From: Solirubrobacteraceae bacterium | Lineage (GTDB): Bacteria; Actinomycetota; Thermoleophilia; Solirubrobacterales; Solirubrobacteraceae | Length of the DNA stretch: 64,000 bases | Direction of reading: 5' to 3' | NCBI GenBank assembly: GCA_036269095.1 | Contig: DATASU010000014.1 | Coordinates: forward strand, 27 to 64,026 | Position numbers and translations under genes: made by a program | Notes under the pieces: generated by a model | Told to the model about the DNA's origin: nothing | The model's database searches: none | What the model saw: the letters and a program-made list of their open reading frames with translations, nothing else | Shown: positions 9,338 through 19,535 of the stretch, piece by piece | Layout of the letters: every line of letters starts with the position of its first letter | How positions within the stretch are numbered: the stretch's first letter is position 1

Positions 9338-9759
9338 GGCGCAGCGCCGCGCTTGCGATCCTCTCACGCGACCATCATCAGGCGCTGTTCGTCGCCCATC
9401 GGCTGCGGCGCGCGGACGCGCAGACCGCAGCGGTCCAGCGCGCGCGCTTCCTCGACTTCTGGGAGCGAGAGGGTCGGCATCACTTCCAACTCGAGGAGGA
9501 GCTGCTGCTGCCGGCGTTCGCCGAGTACGGGGACGCCTACCACCCACTGCTGCTGCGTGTGCTCGGAGACCACGTCAGCATCCGGGCGCAGGCCAACCGC
9601 CTCACCGCTCAGCCCGACGCGGGCACCGAGCTGCTTGAGCGGCTCGGCACCGCGCTGGCGACGCACGTGCGGCTCGAGGAGCGAGAGCTGTTCCCGCTGA
9701 TCGAGGAGACGATTCCGCCCGCGGAGCTGCTCGAGCTCGCGCACGCCCTGGCGCTATGA
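9334..9759 (+). CDS. Hemerythrin (HHE) domain protein
   Basis: LSRDHH, HFQLEE, DH, HVRLEERELFP. Confidence 0.88.
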   Translation: MRRSAALAILSRDHHQALFVAHRLRRADAQTAAVQRARFLDFWEREGRHHFQLEEELLLPAFAEYGDAYHPLLLRVLGDHVSIRAQANRLTAQPDAGTELLERLGTALATHVRLEERELFPLIEETIPPAELLELAHALAL

Positions 9760-10218
9760 GATCAGGATCCCCGCGAGCGCCAGCAGCGCCAGGCTGAGCA
9801 GCCCGATCGTGGCCCGCAACGCCGCGGCCAGCACGGCTGCGCGCTGAACCCGCAGGGCCAGTGTCGCGTCGGCCGGCTGCTCCAGCAACCGCGTGCGTAG
9901 CCGCGTCATCGCTCGCGCCTGCGTGACGCCTGCGAACACCGCGAGCACCAGTCCCGCGCCGGTGGGCAACGTCGCCAACGCGATGCCGTGCAGATCATCG
10001 AAGCCCAGCAACCAGGCCCCTGCGGCGAGTGCGAGCGCCAGCGCCGTTGCTGCGAGCGGCAGGTAGCTGCGGCCGAGGGCGCGGAAGAAGGCGACCCGCG
10101 ACCGGCTGTCGATCTGCCGTCGCGCAACGCGAGCCACCACCGCCAGCGTCGCAGAGCCGCCGATCCAGATGCACGCTCCGAGTAGCGCGAGGAAGGCGAC
10201 GACGGATCTGACGGCCAT
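9754..10218 (-). CDS. Four-TM membrane protein (CopD/DUF2269-like)
   Basis: CIWIGG after the first hydrophobic helix; four hydrophobic segments. Confidence 0.6.
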   Translation of the reverse strand: MAVRSVVAFLALLGACIWIGGSATLAVVARVARRQIDSRSRVAFFRALGRSYLPLAATALALALAAGAWLLGFDDLHGIALATLPTGAGLVLAVFAGVTQARAMTRLRTRLLEQPADATLALRVQRAAVLAAALRATIGLLSLALLALAGILIS

Positions 10219-10310
10219 GATTCTTTTATACATGCTGCCTGGGTAAAAGGCCAGAGCACTGCTATCGTCGACTTTGCATAAGAGGTATGTAGAAAAGACG
10301 GGAGCCGGTT

Positions 10311-10592
10311 ATGACCCACAGCAGCACTGTGACTCCGCCTGCGGGGAGAGATCCGGCCCCTGGCGCCGGCGACGACCCCGGCGACTCCGGCTACGGCTGG
10401 GTGATGTTCGTGACCTTCATGGCCGCCGTCCTCGGGATCTCATTCGCGGTGGCCGTGCTCGCACTCGCTCCGTCCTGGTGGATGCTCGGCGGCGTGTACG
10501 CGGTGGATCTGATCGTCACCGCGGTCGTCTTCAAGGTGGTGCTGGGAGCGTTCGCCGCGCCGGCATATCGGGACCTTGCAGCCGGCGAATAG
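10311..10592 (+). CDS. Small two-TM membrane protein
   Basis: GGGAG RBS; two hydrophobic helices; high-GC codon bias. Confidence 0.6.
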   Translation: MTHSSTVTPPAGRDPAPGAGDDPGDSGYGWVMFVTFMAAVLGISFAVAVLALAPSWWMLGGVYAVDLIVTAVVFKVVLGAFAAPAYRDLAAGE

Positions 10593-10699
10593 CCGGAACG
10601 ACCCGGAGACTCGGAGACCCGGTGACCCGGCGAACAGGCACGCGCGTGCCTACCACCTGCTGATCGCGATACTCCTGATCAGCGTGCTCGCGGGCGGCG

Positions 10700-11308
10700 T
10701 CATGCCCCGGCAGCGTCCCGCTTGAGCGCGTCGAGGCCGACGCGTAGGAACAGCAGCCCGCGGGCACACTCGCGCAGCGGATCGAAGCTGTCGGGATGCG
10801 CGACGGCCTTCTCGCCCATCGACGTGAACAGGCCCGTGATCGCCGCGGCGAAGACGCGCACGCCCGAGTCGTCCGGCGGCAGCCCGAGCTCGGCCGAGAG
10901 GCTTGCGCAGATCAGCTGTTCGGCGTCCTCGAGCTTGCCGCGCAGGGTTCGCCGCAGGTACGGGTCGGTCCAGATCGCGCGCATCTTCAAGCGTCGCAGC
11001 TCGGCGTTCTCCTGGCCGGCCGCGACGCGGGCCTGAATGAATCTCCCGAGTCGCTCGACCAGGTCGTCGTCCTTGCCGTCGACCCACTCCCGGAACGAGG
11101 CCTGACTGTCGGACTGGCTGAACAGGATCGCCTCCTTGGTCGGATAGCGCACGTAGATCGTGCGCGGCGCGACGTCGGCGCGCTCGGCGATCTGGTCGAC
11201 GGTCGTGTGGTCGTAGCCCTGCTCGAGCGCGAGCTCGGCGGCGGCGCGCTCGATCGCGTCGCGGGTGCGCGCGTTCTTGCGCTCACGTAGCCCCGGGCCT
11301 TCGGTCAT
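10700..11308 (-). CDS. TetR/AcrR family regulator
   Basis: GLRERK...GYDHTTVDQIAERADVAPRTIYVRYPTKE; TATGAT -10 six nt before ATG. Confidence 0.93.
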   Translation of the reverse strand: MTEGPGLRERKNARTRDAIERAAAELALEQGYDHTTVDQIAERADVAPRTIYVRYPTKEAILFSQSDSQASFREWVDGKDDDLVERLGRFIQARVAAGQENAELRRLKMRAIWTDPYLRRTLRGKLEDAEQLICASLSAELGLPPDDSGVRVFAAAITGLFTSMGEKAVAHPDSFDPLRECARGLLFLRVGLDALKRDAAGA

Positions 11309-11320
11309 GGGACGATCATA

Positions 11321-11380
11321 GATAAACTAACATTTATCAGCAAGTTTACAGGCGTCTGCATTGTTACGCGACCCTGTCGC
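11321..11380 (+). repeat. Left copy of 60-bp direct repeat (contains GATAAA-N6-TTTATC palindrome)
   Basis: gataaactaacatttatcagcaagtttacaggcgtctgcattgttacgcgaccctgtcgc; 56/60 identical to 45253-45312. Confidence 0.95.
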
Positions 11381-11670
11381 GGGCCAAGGCATCGCTACCG
11401 ACAACGACATGCATGTACTCCCTAGTGACGGAAGCCCAGCCGGGGCTCACTCAGGCGTAGGTCCTTCGTTATCAGCATTACGCTCCGCCGCCGACTCCAA
11501 TTGAGCATAGGTATTGAGTGCAAGCCGCCGCGTATGTCGGGCCCGAGCGGGCGATCTGGCGGGTCCGTGTGTCTTGAGCCGCCTCTTGTGCCCAGCTCTC
11601 GGCCCGATAAAGCCTCAGGCTGCATCGACGCATGAGCGAATCGCTCGCACCCATGGTGGAGAGCCAGATT

Positions 11671-11711
11671 AAGTATTGCTACAAGTCTGCGCGATTGGTA
11701 TAGTAACGCTA
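11671..11711. promoter_or_regulatory. Tandem TAG-N5-CTA motif copies upstream of the ABC operon
   Basis: TAGTAACGCTA at 11701-11711 and AAGTATTGCTA at 11671-11681. Confidence 0.55.
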
Positions 11712-12033
11712 TTAGGAGAGGTTGGAGAGGTAAGGAGTACTCATGTTGGTTGCTACGAGCCGCGTGCCCCGAGACTCGACACCGAAATGTGCTGGCGAGG
11801 ATTGGATCCTGCTCTCGGTCGTTTCGGATGCGCTGTCCCGTTCGAACGTGTGGCAGCCCGCATCGTCCCGACGCTTCGAATGACCACGTTCCAAGGATGG
11901 AGTCCATAGCTGACTGCGGACGCCGCGACCCGGACAGGCGTCTGACACCGACTAGTTGCGGCGTCAGACGCTTGGTCAGATGGGCGAGCTGACGTCCGTG
12001 CGCGCGGAAGAGAGAGGGAAAGGTGGATGCAGG

Positions 12034-13149
12034 ATGGGGAGTGATAGAGCGGTGAAGGGGCGCCTTCGGATGAAGGTGTCCGCCGCAGCAGTCGCTGCTG
12101 TCGGGTCGATGCTGACGTTAGGAAGTCCCTCGGCGCTGGCAACGGCGACCGCAAAGCAGCCGACAGCCGCGCAGGTGAAGAGCAATGTGGCGGCGCTTTA
12201 CAAGGCGGCCAAAAAGGAAGGCAGCGTCAACGTCGACGTACTGACTTCGACCAGCTCATACGCGGCGGTGATCTCGGGCTTTGAGAAGAAGTATCCGGGG
12301 ATCAGCGTGAATCTGGTCAACGTCGCGGGGCCGACGCTGGCGAGCACGATCATCAGCCAGACCTCGACCGACAACCTGACGACGGATTTGGTCGAGGCGC
12401 GTCCCGAGGTCATCGGGAAGATTCGTTCGCGCAAGCTCATCGCTCGGCCCGATTGGGCGGAGTGGGGCGTGCCTGCAAGTGAGCTCTTGCTGAGCGGCGG
12501 TTTCGTGCACACGTCAGACTTTGTGACAGCCGTCGTCTACAACCCGCATCTGCTGTCGAAGTCTCAGGTTCCGAAGAGCTGGAAGTCGCTGCTGGCTCCC
12601 GCTTGGTCGAGCGGACACATGATCATCGACGGGGCCGGGACCGAGGGCTTCGAGTCGATGCTGGTGAGCGGAAAATGGACACTCAAGGAGTACACGAGCT
12701 TCCTCAAGCAGTTGAAGGCGCAGAATCCGATCGTGATCTACCAAGGTGCTCCCGAGACCATTGCCCTGGCACAGGGGCAGGCGCCGATCGGGTTGGTCCC
12801 TCTGCCTGTGGTCTCAGCTCTGATCGCGAAGGGTGAGCCGCTTGCCGTCGCTCCGGTCAAACCGGTTGTGAGCAGCCCCGATGGCTGGTTCGTGATGAAG
12901 GGAGCGCACCACACTGCCGCAGCGGAGCTGCTGGCGACGTACTTCTCGTCAGCGGCGGCGAAGCCACTGTTCGCGACGGGCGGGTTCACGGCGGCAACAC
13001 CGCCCCGGCTGGGTGGCGAGGCTGCAGCAATCGGCGCCGGGGGGCTCACAGCCAAGAATCTGGTGACGCTCGACAAGCCGAAGAGCATCGCGTTGTTCGA
13101 GCAGGCCGAGAAGCTGAACATCTCGATCCTTGGCTTCACGGGAAGCTAG
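12034..13149 (+). CDS. ABC substrate-binding protein (Fe3+/thiamine/AfuA-like class)
   Basis: Signal peptide, AAKKEGSVNV, FEKKYPGI, YNPHLL..VPKSWKSLL, HTAAAELL; AGGGAAAGG RBS. Confidence 0.88.
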   Translation: MGSDRAVKGRLRMKVSAAAVAAVGSMLTLGSPSALATATAKQPTAAQVKSNVAALYKAAKKEGSVNVDVLTSTSSYAAVISGFEKKYPGISVNLVNVAGPTLASTIISQTSTDNLTTDLVEARPEVIGKIRSRKLIARPDWAEWGVPASELLLSGGFVHTSDFVTAVVYNPHLLSKSQVPKSWKSLLAPAWSSGHMIIDGAGTEGFESMLVSGKWTLKEYTSFLKQLKAQNPIVIYQGAPETIALAQGQAPIGLVPLPVVSALIAKGEPLAVAPVKPVVSSPDGWFVMKGAHHTAAAELLATYFSSAAAKPLFATGGFTAATPPRLGGEAAAIGAGGLTAKNLVTLDKPKSIALFEQAEKLNISILGFTGS

Positions 13150-13161
13150 AACAGGCTGGTA

Positions 13162-14199
13162 GTGGATCTAAACTGGGCGATAGTTGGAGGTGGGCATATC
13201 GCGGGTGCCAGGATGGCACCTGCGATTGCCCGTCACTCGGCAAGCAGGTTGCTCGGAGTCGCGAGCAGCTCAGCTGAGCGTGCCTCCGTGTTCGCAGAAG
13301 AGCACGGAATCGAGCGAGCGTACGACTCGTATGCACAGCTGCTCGATGACAGCGAAGTCGACATCGTCCTGATCGCCACCCCAAACGCGCTTCACGCCGA
13401 ACAGGTGATCTCGGCGGCTGAGGCAGGCAAGCACGTTTTCTGCGACAAGCCGCTCGCGACGAGCGTTGCCGACGCTGAGCGAGCGGTTGCGGCATGCGCG
13501 GCGGCCGGCGTCAAGCTGGGTATCAACTTCGAGTTCCGGCAGGCACAGCCGTTCGTCGCCATACGCGACCTGATTCGCTCCGGTGCAATCGGCGAGGTTC
13601 AGACGATTCGCATCGAATCGACACCGGGCGTCGTCCCACTCAGCGGATGGCGGGCCGACCCCGACGTGGCGTGGCTCGGCGTGACCGCGAGCACCGGCGT
13701 GCACCTTTACGACCTTTTCCGATATCTACTCGACGCGGAGGTCAGTGAGGTGGTGGTGATGATGGATGTGGGCCGGCGTGCTGCCGAGGAGATGGAGGCG
13801 ACCTGCATCGCGCTGTTGAGGTTCGGTAACGGAGTGCTCGCGCACGTGGCCACGAGCCAGCGCTCGCCATTTCCCACCAACGATCTGGTGATCGAGGGCT
13901 CGCGAGGGCGGATTGATAGCCGCGGCGTCGGCTCACTGGCGCGGCTGATGCGAAGCGGCCTGCCGATGGTGCACGTGAATCTGACCACCGACGGCGGTAC
14001 GGAAACCCGCACCTATGACGTCTCGGACGTGTTCGAGCGTTCGGTCGCGGTGTTCGCGGACGCGGTTGCTTCAGGAACTGAACCATCGCCCTCGGGGCTG
14101 GACGGGCTCGTCAGCGTAGGGTTGATGGAGGCGATTGTGACCTCAGCCCGTGATGGCGTCGTCGTCTCGCCCAGCATCGAGGCGGTCACGTGGCAGTAG
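13162..14199 (+). CDS. Gfo/Idh/MocA oxidoreductase
   Basis: WAIVGGGHIA, IATPNALH, GKHVFCDKP, GVHLYD. Confidence 0.92.
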   Translation: MDLNWAIVGGGHIAGARMAPAIARHSASRLLGVASSSAERASVFAEEHGIERAYDSYAQLLDDSEVDIVLIATPNALHAEQVISAAEAGKHVFCDKPLATSVADAERAVAACAAAGVKLGINFEFRQAQPFVAIRDLIRSGAIGEVQTIRIESTPGVVPLSGWRADPDVAWLGVTASTGVHLYDLFRYLLDAEVSEVVVMMDVGRRAAEEMEATCIALLRFGNGVLAHVATSQRSPFPTNDLVIEGSRGRIDSRGVGSLARLMRSGLPMVHVNLTTDGGTETRTYDVSDVFERSVAVFADAVASGTEPSPSGLDGLVSVGLMEAIVTSARDGVVVSPSIEAVTWQ

Positions 14200-15956
14200 A
14201 AGTCCCCCACCTGCGAGGGCGGCGAACGGTTGTCTCGACGGCGGGCCTCGGCCGACGCTTGAGCCGTTGGCTGCTGCTGGCGGTGCTCGCGTACCTGATT
14301 CTGGTGCCGCTCGGGATGCTGTTGTTCAGCAGCTTCCGTGACACGACCAATCGCCTGCCGTTCGAGGCGACGCCCTGGACCCTCTCCAACTACTCGAACG
14401 TCTTCACCAGCGGCTCCACGTATCGCGTTCTAGGCATCAGCCTCGGATACGCGGCGGGCTCGCTGGCATTGGCGTTCCTGATCGTTCTCCCGCTCGCGTT
14501 TCTGCTTGAGCGGACCGACTTTCCGATGCAGCGAACGCTGCGCCTGGTGGTGTTGGCCCCGCTGGGGTTGCCGGCGTTCGTCGGAGCGATGGCGTGGATT
14601 CTGCTTGCCGAATCGAAGATCGGGCTCATCAACCTCGTGCTCCGGTACGTCTTCGGGATCACGAGCGGAGAAGGGCCCTTCAACATCTATTCCATCGGCG
14701 GGATGATTTTCGTCACGGGTTTGCTGTTCGTTCCTTCGATCTATCTGATGATCTCCGGGACGTTCACGCGCTTCGATCCCGCGTTTGAAGAATCAAGCGC
14801 CACGTCAGGCGCGTCCTTCCTGACGACACTCCGGCGGATCACGGTGCCCCTACTCTCGCCTTCGATCCTCGGCGCGGCCGTGTTCTTCATGATCGTCGGC
14901 ATTGAGGCCTTCGAGGTCCCCGCCTTCATCGGCATCCCAGGCGGGATCTACACGCTGAGCACTCGCGTGTATTACCTCGTCAACCCGCCCACGGGTGGTC
15001 TGCCGGCATACGGGGTGGCGGCTGCGTTTGGCGTGGTGACGCTGATCGTCGCTGGAGCGCTGGTTGTTGCCTACCGTCGCGTGCTCGGTGACAGGTCGCG
15101 GTTCGTCACCGTCGGATCGCGCGGATTCCGGCCTGAGTTGATCAAGCTGCGTCCTTGGCCGCGCCGACTTGCCGTCAGCGGCGTCGGGCTGTACGCGCTG
15201 ATCGCCATCGTGCTTCCGATCCTCGTTCTGCTGTGGGAAAGCCTGTTGCCGAATTACGCGGACTTCAGCATCAGTTCGTTGAAGCAGCTCACGTTCTCGG
15301 CGTACTCGCAGGTATTTAGCGATCCCTCGACGGGGTCGATCGTCGTACACACGGTCGTGATGGCGTCTGTCAGCGCGGTCCTGATCATGGCCCTTGCGAG
15401 CTTGACCGCATGGTTCGCGCTCCGCGATCGCTCTCGTGGGTTCAAGGTGGCGGAGTTCGTGTTGTTTGCGAGCGTCGGAATTCCGAGCGTGATCGTCGCG
15501 GTCTCGATCGGACTGCTCTACCTGTGGCTGCACGTCGGCATCTACGGAACGATCTGGATCCTGGTGCTGGCGATGGCCGCCCGTTACATCCCCTACGGCA
15601 CCACCGTGATGACGCCGGCGTTGATGCAGGTCGGCCGAGATCTCGAAGACGCGTCGACGATGTGCGGTGCGTCTCAGTGGCAGACGCTACGCAGAATCCT
15701 CTTCCCGCTCATCTGGCCATCGTTTGCTCGCGGGATGCTCTGGACCTTCATACAGGCGGCTCGTGACGCCACGATCGTGGTCCTGCTTCTGTCTATCGGC
15801 AACGTGACGATCGGTTCCGACCTGTACCAGACATGGGCCAGCTCGGCGAATCTCTCGTACGCGTGTGCGCTCTCAATCTTGCTCGTGATCGTGTCGAGTG
15901 CTCTGACTTTGCTCGTTTTGAGGTTCGATTCCGTCGCCCGGAGGCCTGCTGGATGA
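14190..15956 (+). CDS. ABC permease, fused two-domain (FbpB-like)
   Basis: Two EAA-type loops (FEESSATSGAS, LEDASTMCGAS); many TM helices. Confidence 0.92.
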   Translation: MAVEVPHLRGRRTVVSTAGLGRRLSRWLLLAVLAYLILVPLGMLLFSSFRDTTNRLPFEATPWTLSNYSNVFTSGSTYRVLGISLGYAAGSLALAFLIVLPLAFLLERTDFPMQRTLRLVVLAPLGLPAFVGAMAWILLAESKIGLINLVLRYVFGITSGEGPFNIYSIGGMIFVTGLLFVPSIYLMISGTFTRFDPAFEESSATSGASFLTTLRRITVPLLSPSILGAAVFFMIVGIEAFEVPAFIGIPGGIYTLSTRVYYLVNPPTGGLPAYGVAAAFGVVTLIVAGALVVAYRRVLGDRSRFVTVGSRGFRPELIKLRPWPRRLAVSGVGLYALIAIVLPILVLLWESLLPNYADFSISSLKQLTFSAYSQVFSDPSTGSIVVHTVVMASVSAVLIMALASLTAWFALRDRSRGFKVAEFVLFASVGIPSVIVAVSIGLLYLWLHVGIYGTIWILVLAMAARYIPYGTTVMTPALMQVGRDLEDASTMCGASQWQTLRRILFPLIWPSFARGMLWTFIQAARDATIVVLLLSIGNVTIGSDLYQTWASSANLSYACALSILLVIVSSALTLLVLRFDSVARRPAG

Positions 15957-17050
15957 TTTCGTTTCGTGGTGTCACTAAGACCTTCGCCGATGCCGAGCGC
16001 CGGCATCTTGCGCTGAATGAGGTCGGCTTCGATGTGCCGCAGGGCTCGGTGTATGTGTTGCTGGGACCGAGCGGATGTGGAAAGACGACGTTGCTGCGGT
16101 GCCTGGCCGGGATCGAGACTCCGGATTCGGGCGAAATCGAGGTCGACGGCGAGGCCGTGTTCTCGTCGTCGCGCGGCGTCATGGTTCCCGCCCATCGCAG
16201 AGGCTTCGGGTTCGTTTTCCAGTCCTATGCCATCTGGCCGCACATGAATGTCTTTGAGAACGTCGCGTACCCGCTCCGATTCGGTCAGGGCCAACGTGTG
16301 TCCCGCGACGAGCTCGGTCGGCGGGTGCTTGCCGCACTCGACATGGTCGGCCTCAAGCAATATGCCGAGCGTTCAGCAACGCGCCTGAGCGGTGGCCAGC
16401 AGCAGCGAGTCGCACTCGCTCGTGCCGTCGTTCACGAGCCCCGCGTGTTGCTCATGGATGAGCCGCTGTCAAACCTCGACGCTCAGCTGCGAGCCCAGAC
16501 ACGTAAGCAGCTCGCGGAACTGCTGGGCAAGCTCGGCACCACGACGGTCTACGTCACGCACGATCAGATCGAGGCGATGGCGCTTGCCGATGTGGTCGCC
16601 GTCATGCACGACGGCATGATCCAGCAGTCAGCTTCACCGCGCGAGCTCTACTACCGGCCGGCCACACGTTTCATCGCCGACTTCATGGGCGACATGAACT
16701 GGCTAGAGGCAACCATTCGTGGCAGCGAGGGCGACCATGTGGTCGTCGACACCGCGCTTGGTCAGCTGCGTTGCGTCACGAACGGTGAGCGCCGCCCCGG
16801 TACACCGGTCACGGTTGGGATACGACCCCTGGCCGTCAGGTTGCTGGACGCTGCAGGCAACGGGAGCAACGGACGAGTGAACGTGTTCAACGGTGAGCTC
16901 ACCGAGACGATGTTCCTCGGGGACGCAACCGCGCTCACTGTCCGCGTCGGAGACAACGTGGTCGAGGTGCTCACCCCCGACGCGCAGCCGCACCAACCGC
17001 AGCTCGGTCTCTACCTACCACCTGATTCGTGTGTGATCTATGACCGTTGA
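15953..17050 (+). CDS. ABC ATP-binding subunit (FbpC/PotA-like)
   Basis: GPSGCGKT, LSGGQQQR, LMDEP, VTHD; ATGA overlap. Confidence 0.95.
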   Translation: MISFRGVTKTFADAERRHLALNEVGFDVPQGSVYVLLGPSGCGKTTLLRCLAGIETPDSGEIEVDGEAVFSSSRGVMVPAHRRGFGFVFQSYAIWPHMNVFENVAYPLRFGQGQRVSRDELGRRVLAALDMVGLKQYAERSATRLSGGQQQRVALARAVVHEPRVLLMDEPLSNLDAQLRAQTRKQLAELLGKLGTTTVYVTHDQIEAMALADVVAVMHDGMIQQSASPRELYYRPATRFIADFMGDMNWLEATIRGSEGDHVVVDTALGQLRCVTNGERRPGTPVTVGIRPLAVRLLDAAGNGSNGRVNVFNGELTETMFLGDATALTVRVGDNVVEVLTPDAQPHQPQLGLYLPPDSCVIYDR

Positions 17051-17062
17051 AAGGAGTGCGCC

Positions 17063-18187
17063 ATGCAAGTTACGCGGATAGCGGCGTTGTCGTTGGAGGA
17101 ACGCACCAGGCGCTACGGCGCCGTACGCGCCGAGATGGATAAGCGCGATCTCGACGTGCTGGTCGTGATCGGCAGGGATAGCACCGGTGGTCGCGGCGAT
17201 TTTCGCTATCTGGCCAGCTATGCGCCGGTGACGCCACTGCCGCACTTTGTGGTCTTCCCGCGGGCCGAGGTCGAGCCGCGATTTATGTCGCAGCTGCCGA
17301 GCCGGAGCAGACTCGCCGTCGAGTCCGGCTGGGTGAAGGACGCGGCGACATTCTGGCTTGGCCTCGACGACGCCATCGTCGAGCAGGTCGCGACGTTTCT
17401 CGGTAGCGGCCGGATCGGCTTGGGACGCCTTTCGACGGTTCCAATCCCTCTGTATCAGGCGTTGATTGCCCGGTTCGGTGCGGACGTCGTGGTTGACGCC
17501 GGCGAACTGTTTGAGTCGGTGCGGCTCGTCAAGAGCGACGAAGAGATCGCATTCGCCCGTGTCGCGGCTGAAGCCTCGGACGCCGCTCTGAGCTATCTCC
17601 GGACCGAGGTTCATGCCAATTCCACGGATCGCGAGATCTACTCCCAGGCCCGGCGCATCATGCATGAATACGGTGCCGAGTACTCGATGGACATAATCGG
17701 CTGCAATGTCGCCGGTGGCTGGGCACCGATCGGCGCCAGCCCTGGCGATGACGGCTTCGTCCAGGCGGAGTGGACGCCGGCGGTCGGTGGCTATTACAAC
17801 CAGATCCGCTTTGACTTCGCGTTCGGCGAGGCGGCGCGATCCAGAGCGGCTGCGCGCGACGTATTGCGCGAGGCCTACGAGGCAACTGTCGAGTTCGCGC
17901 GTCCCGGGGTAACCGCAGAGCAGCTCTACGCGGTCGGCAATGATGTGATCACGTCCAGTGGCTTTGCCGCCGGGGCGGGCCATTTCGGACACGGCCTAGG
18001 CCTCGATGTCACAGAGGGGATCTCGATCGAGCCGGCCGATCTGACGCCTCTGGTATCAGGAATGATCTTCGTATTGCATCCCAAGATCGTTCCTGCGAGC
18101 GGAGAGCCACAGTTGCTTCTCGGAGGCACCTTCCTCGTGACCAGCGACGGTCTCGAGGCGCTGAATGCGGTGGATTGCTTTGCCTAG
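17063..18187 (+). CDS. M24/creatinase-fold protein, non-canonical ligand set (paralog A)
   Basis: Creatinase_N region, VKSDEEI, GHGLG; ligand positions E/Q/H/H/G. Confidence 0.85.
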   Translation: MQVTRIAALSLEERTRRYGAVRAEMDKRDLDVLVVIGRDSTGGRGDFRYLASYAPVTPLPHFVVFPRAEVEPRFMSQLPSRSRLAVESGWVKDAATFWLGLDDAIVEQVATFLGSGRIGLGRLSTVPIPLYQALIARFGADVVVDAGELFESVRLVKSDEEIAFARVAAEASDAALSYLRTEVHANSTDREIYSQARRIMHEYGAEYSMDIIGCNVAGGWAPIGASPGDDGFVQAEWTPAVGGYYNQIRFDFAFGEAARSRAAARDVLREAYEATVEFARPGVTAEQLYAVGNDVITSSGFAAGAGHFGHGLGLDVTEGISIEPADLTPLVSGMIFVLHPKIVPASGEPQLLLGGTFLVTSDGLEALNAVDCFA

Positions 18188-18364
18188 CCCAACCGAAACG
18201 ACGTAGCCCCTGACGAGCCAGGGGCGGTAGGTCGAGACCGGCCCGAGTAGGGGCCAAAACCAAGGGCGGCGCCGCGCTGGTAAGTGACCCGACCGGCCCC
18301 GGCGGGCTGCGGCATGCCCAATTCATGTCATGACGGACTCGTCAAGGAAAAGAGTGGTGAGCAA

Positions 18365-19495
18365 ATGGACGTAGTGGATAGACCGCAGGCCTTCTCGCTC
18401 GAGGAGCGCGCGCGCCGGTATTCGATCTTGCGCGACCAGATGAAGGACCGGGGGATCGACGTCCTGCTTGCCGTCGGACGCGACTGCCACGCCGGGCGTG
18501 GTGACCTCCGGTACATCGCCGGATACAGCCCACTCGTGATGACGCACTACGCGATCCTCCCGCGGGTCGCGGCTGAGCCGATCTTCCTGGCGCCTTCGCG
18601 CAACCGCGGACGCCGGGTCGAGGCCTCGGGCTGGATCAAGGAGGTCCGCAGTGGGTGGGTAGGACTCGAGGACACGATGCTCGACGAGATCGCCGGGTTC
18701 CTCGATGGGGGTGCGATCGGGATCGCCCGCCACAGCAACCTTCCGGTGCCGGTCTATTTGGCGCTGTGCGAGCGGTTCGGGGCTGAGCGCGTGCAGGACG
18801 CTGGCAAGATGATGGATGAGGTACGCATGGTGAAGGGCGCCGAGGAGCTCCGGTGCGCTCGGGAGGCCGGGCGCATCGCCGACCTCGGCTATCAGGTGAT
18901 GAAGGAGCGCGTGAGGCCGGGGGTCGTCGACGCCGACTTCTATGCCGCTGCCGTCGAAAGCGAGTTCCGGGCGGGAACCGAGTACACGATGGACCTGATG
19001 GGCCTCGACGGAGCCAGTGTCTCAGCCCCCAGCGGCTACGTCGTGACGGAAGACAGCTTCGTCGAAGGTGAGCTGACGCCGACCTATCTCGGTGTCTACA
19101 ACCAGCTGCCCTATGACTTTGGTTTCGGCCAGGCGGCTCGCGATCGGGCCAAGGCGCTAGAGGTCGCACGCGCAGCCTACGACGCGATGCTCGCGTCGAT
19201 CAGACCAGGCGTCCGCGTGCCAGAGCTCTACGAAGCTGCACGGCAGCCGATCGAGTCAGCGGGTCTGATCTGCCAGCATGGGCAGTTCGGCCATGGCATG
19301 GGCTTCGACGTGGTCGAAGGATTCTCGATCATTCCGGAGCACGATGTCGAGTTGCGCCAGGGGATGTTGTTCGTGGTGCATCCGATCATTGGCACGAAGA
19401 CCGGTACGCGTGTGCTGCTTGGCGCGACGGTGGCCGTCACGGCTGATGGCTACGAGCTGATGAACGAGACCGACGGCTGGGCCTTCTCGTCCTGA
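18365..19495 (+). CDS. M24/creatinase-fold protein, non-canonical ligand set (paralog B)
   Basis: LEERARRY, VKGAEEL, ELTP..GVYNQ, GHGMG, VHP, LGAT. Confidence 0.85.
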   Translation: MDVVDRPQAFSLEERARRYSILRDQMKDRGIDVLLAVGRDCHAGRGDLRYIAGYSPLVMTHYAILPRVAAEPIFLAPSRNRGRRVEASGWIKEVRSGWVGLEDTMLDEIAGFLDGGAIGIARHSNLPVPVYLALCERFGAERVQDAGKMMDEVRMVKGAEELRCAREAGRIADLGYQVMKERVRPGVVDADFYAAAVESEFRAGTEYTMDLMGLDGASVSAPSGYVVTEDSFVEGELTPTYLGVYNQLPYDFGFGQAARDRAKALEVARAAYDAMLASIRPGVRVPELYEAARQPIESAGLICQHGQFGHGMGFDVVEGFSIIPEHDVELRQGMLFVVHPIIGTKTGTRVLLGATVAVTADGYELMNETDGWAFSS

Positions 19496-19535
19496 AGTCT
19501 CGGTGCGTTGCTAGGACCTGCTCAAGGAGAAGAGA

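Noticed and set aside
11321-11346. Repeat core resembles an actinobacterial dif (XerCD) site (GATAA...TTAT..CAAGT)
   Set aside because: The gap between GATAA and TTAT is 8 nt rather than 6 and the right arm has an extra base. A TetR operator fits the position better, though a recombinase core is not excluded.
11400-11950. ORFs at the left island edge as integrase or transposase remnants
   Set aside because: No tyrosine/serine recombinase or DDE motifs recognised; poor coding bias; treated as promoter or decayed DNA.
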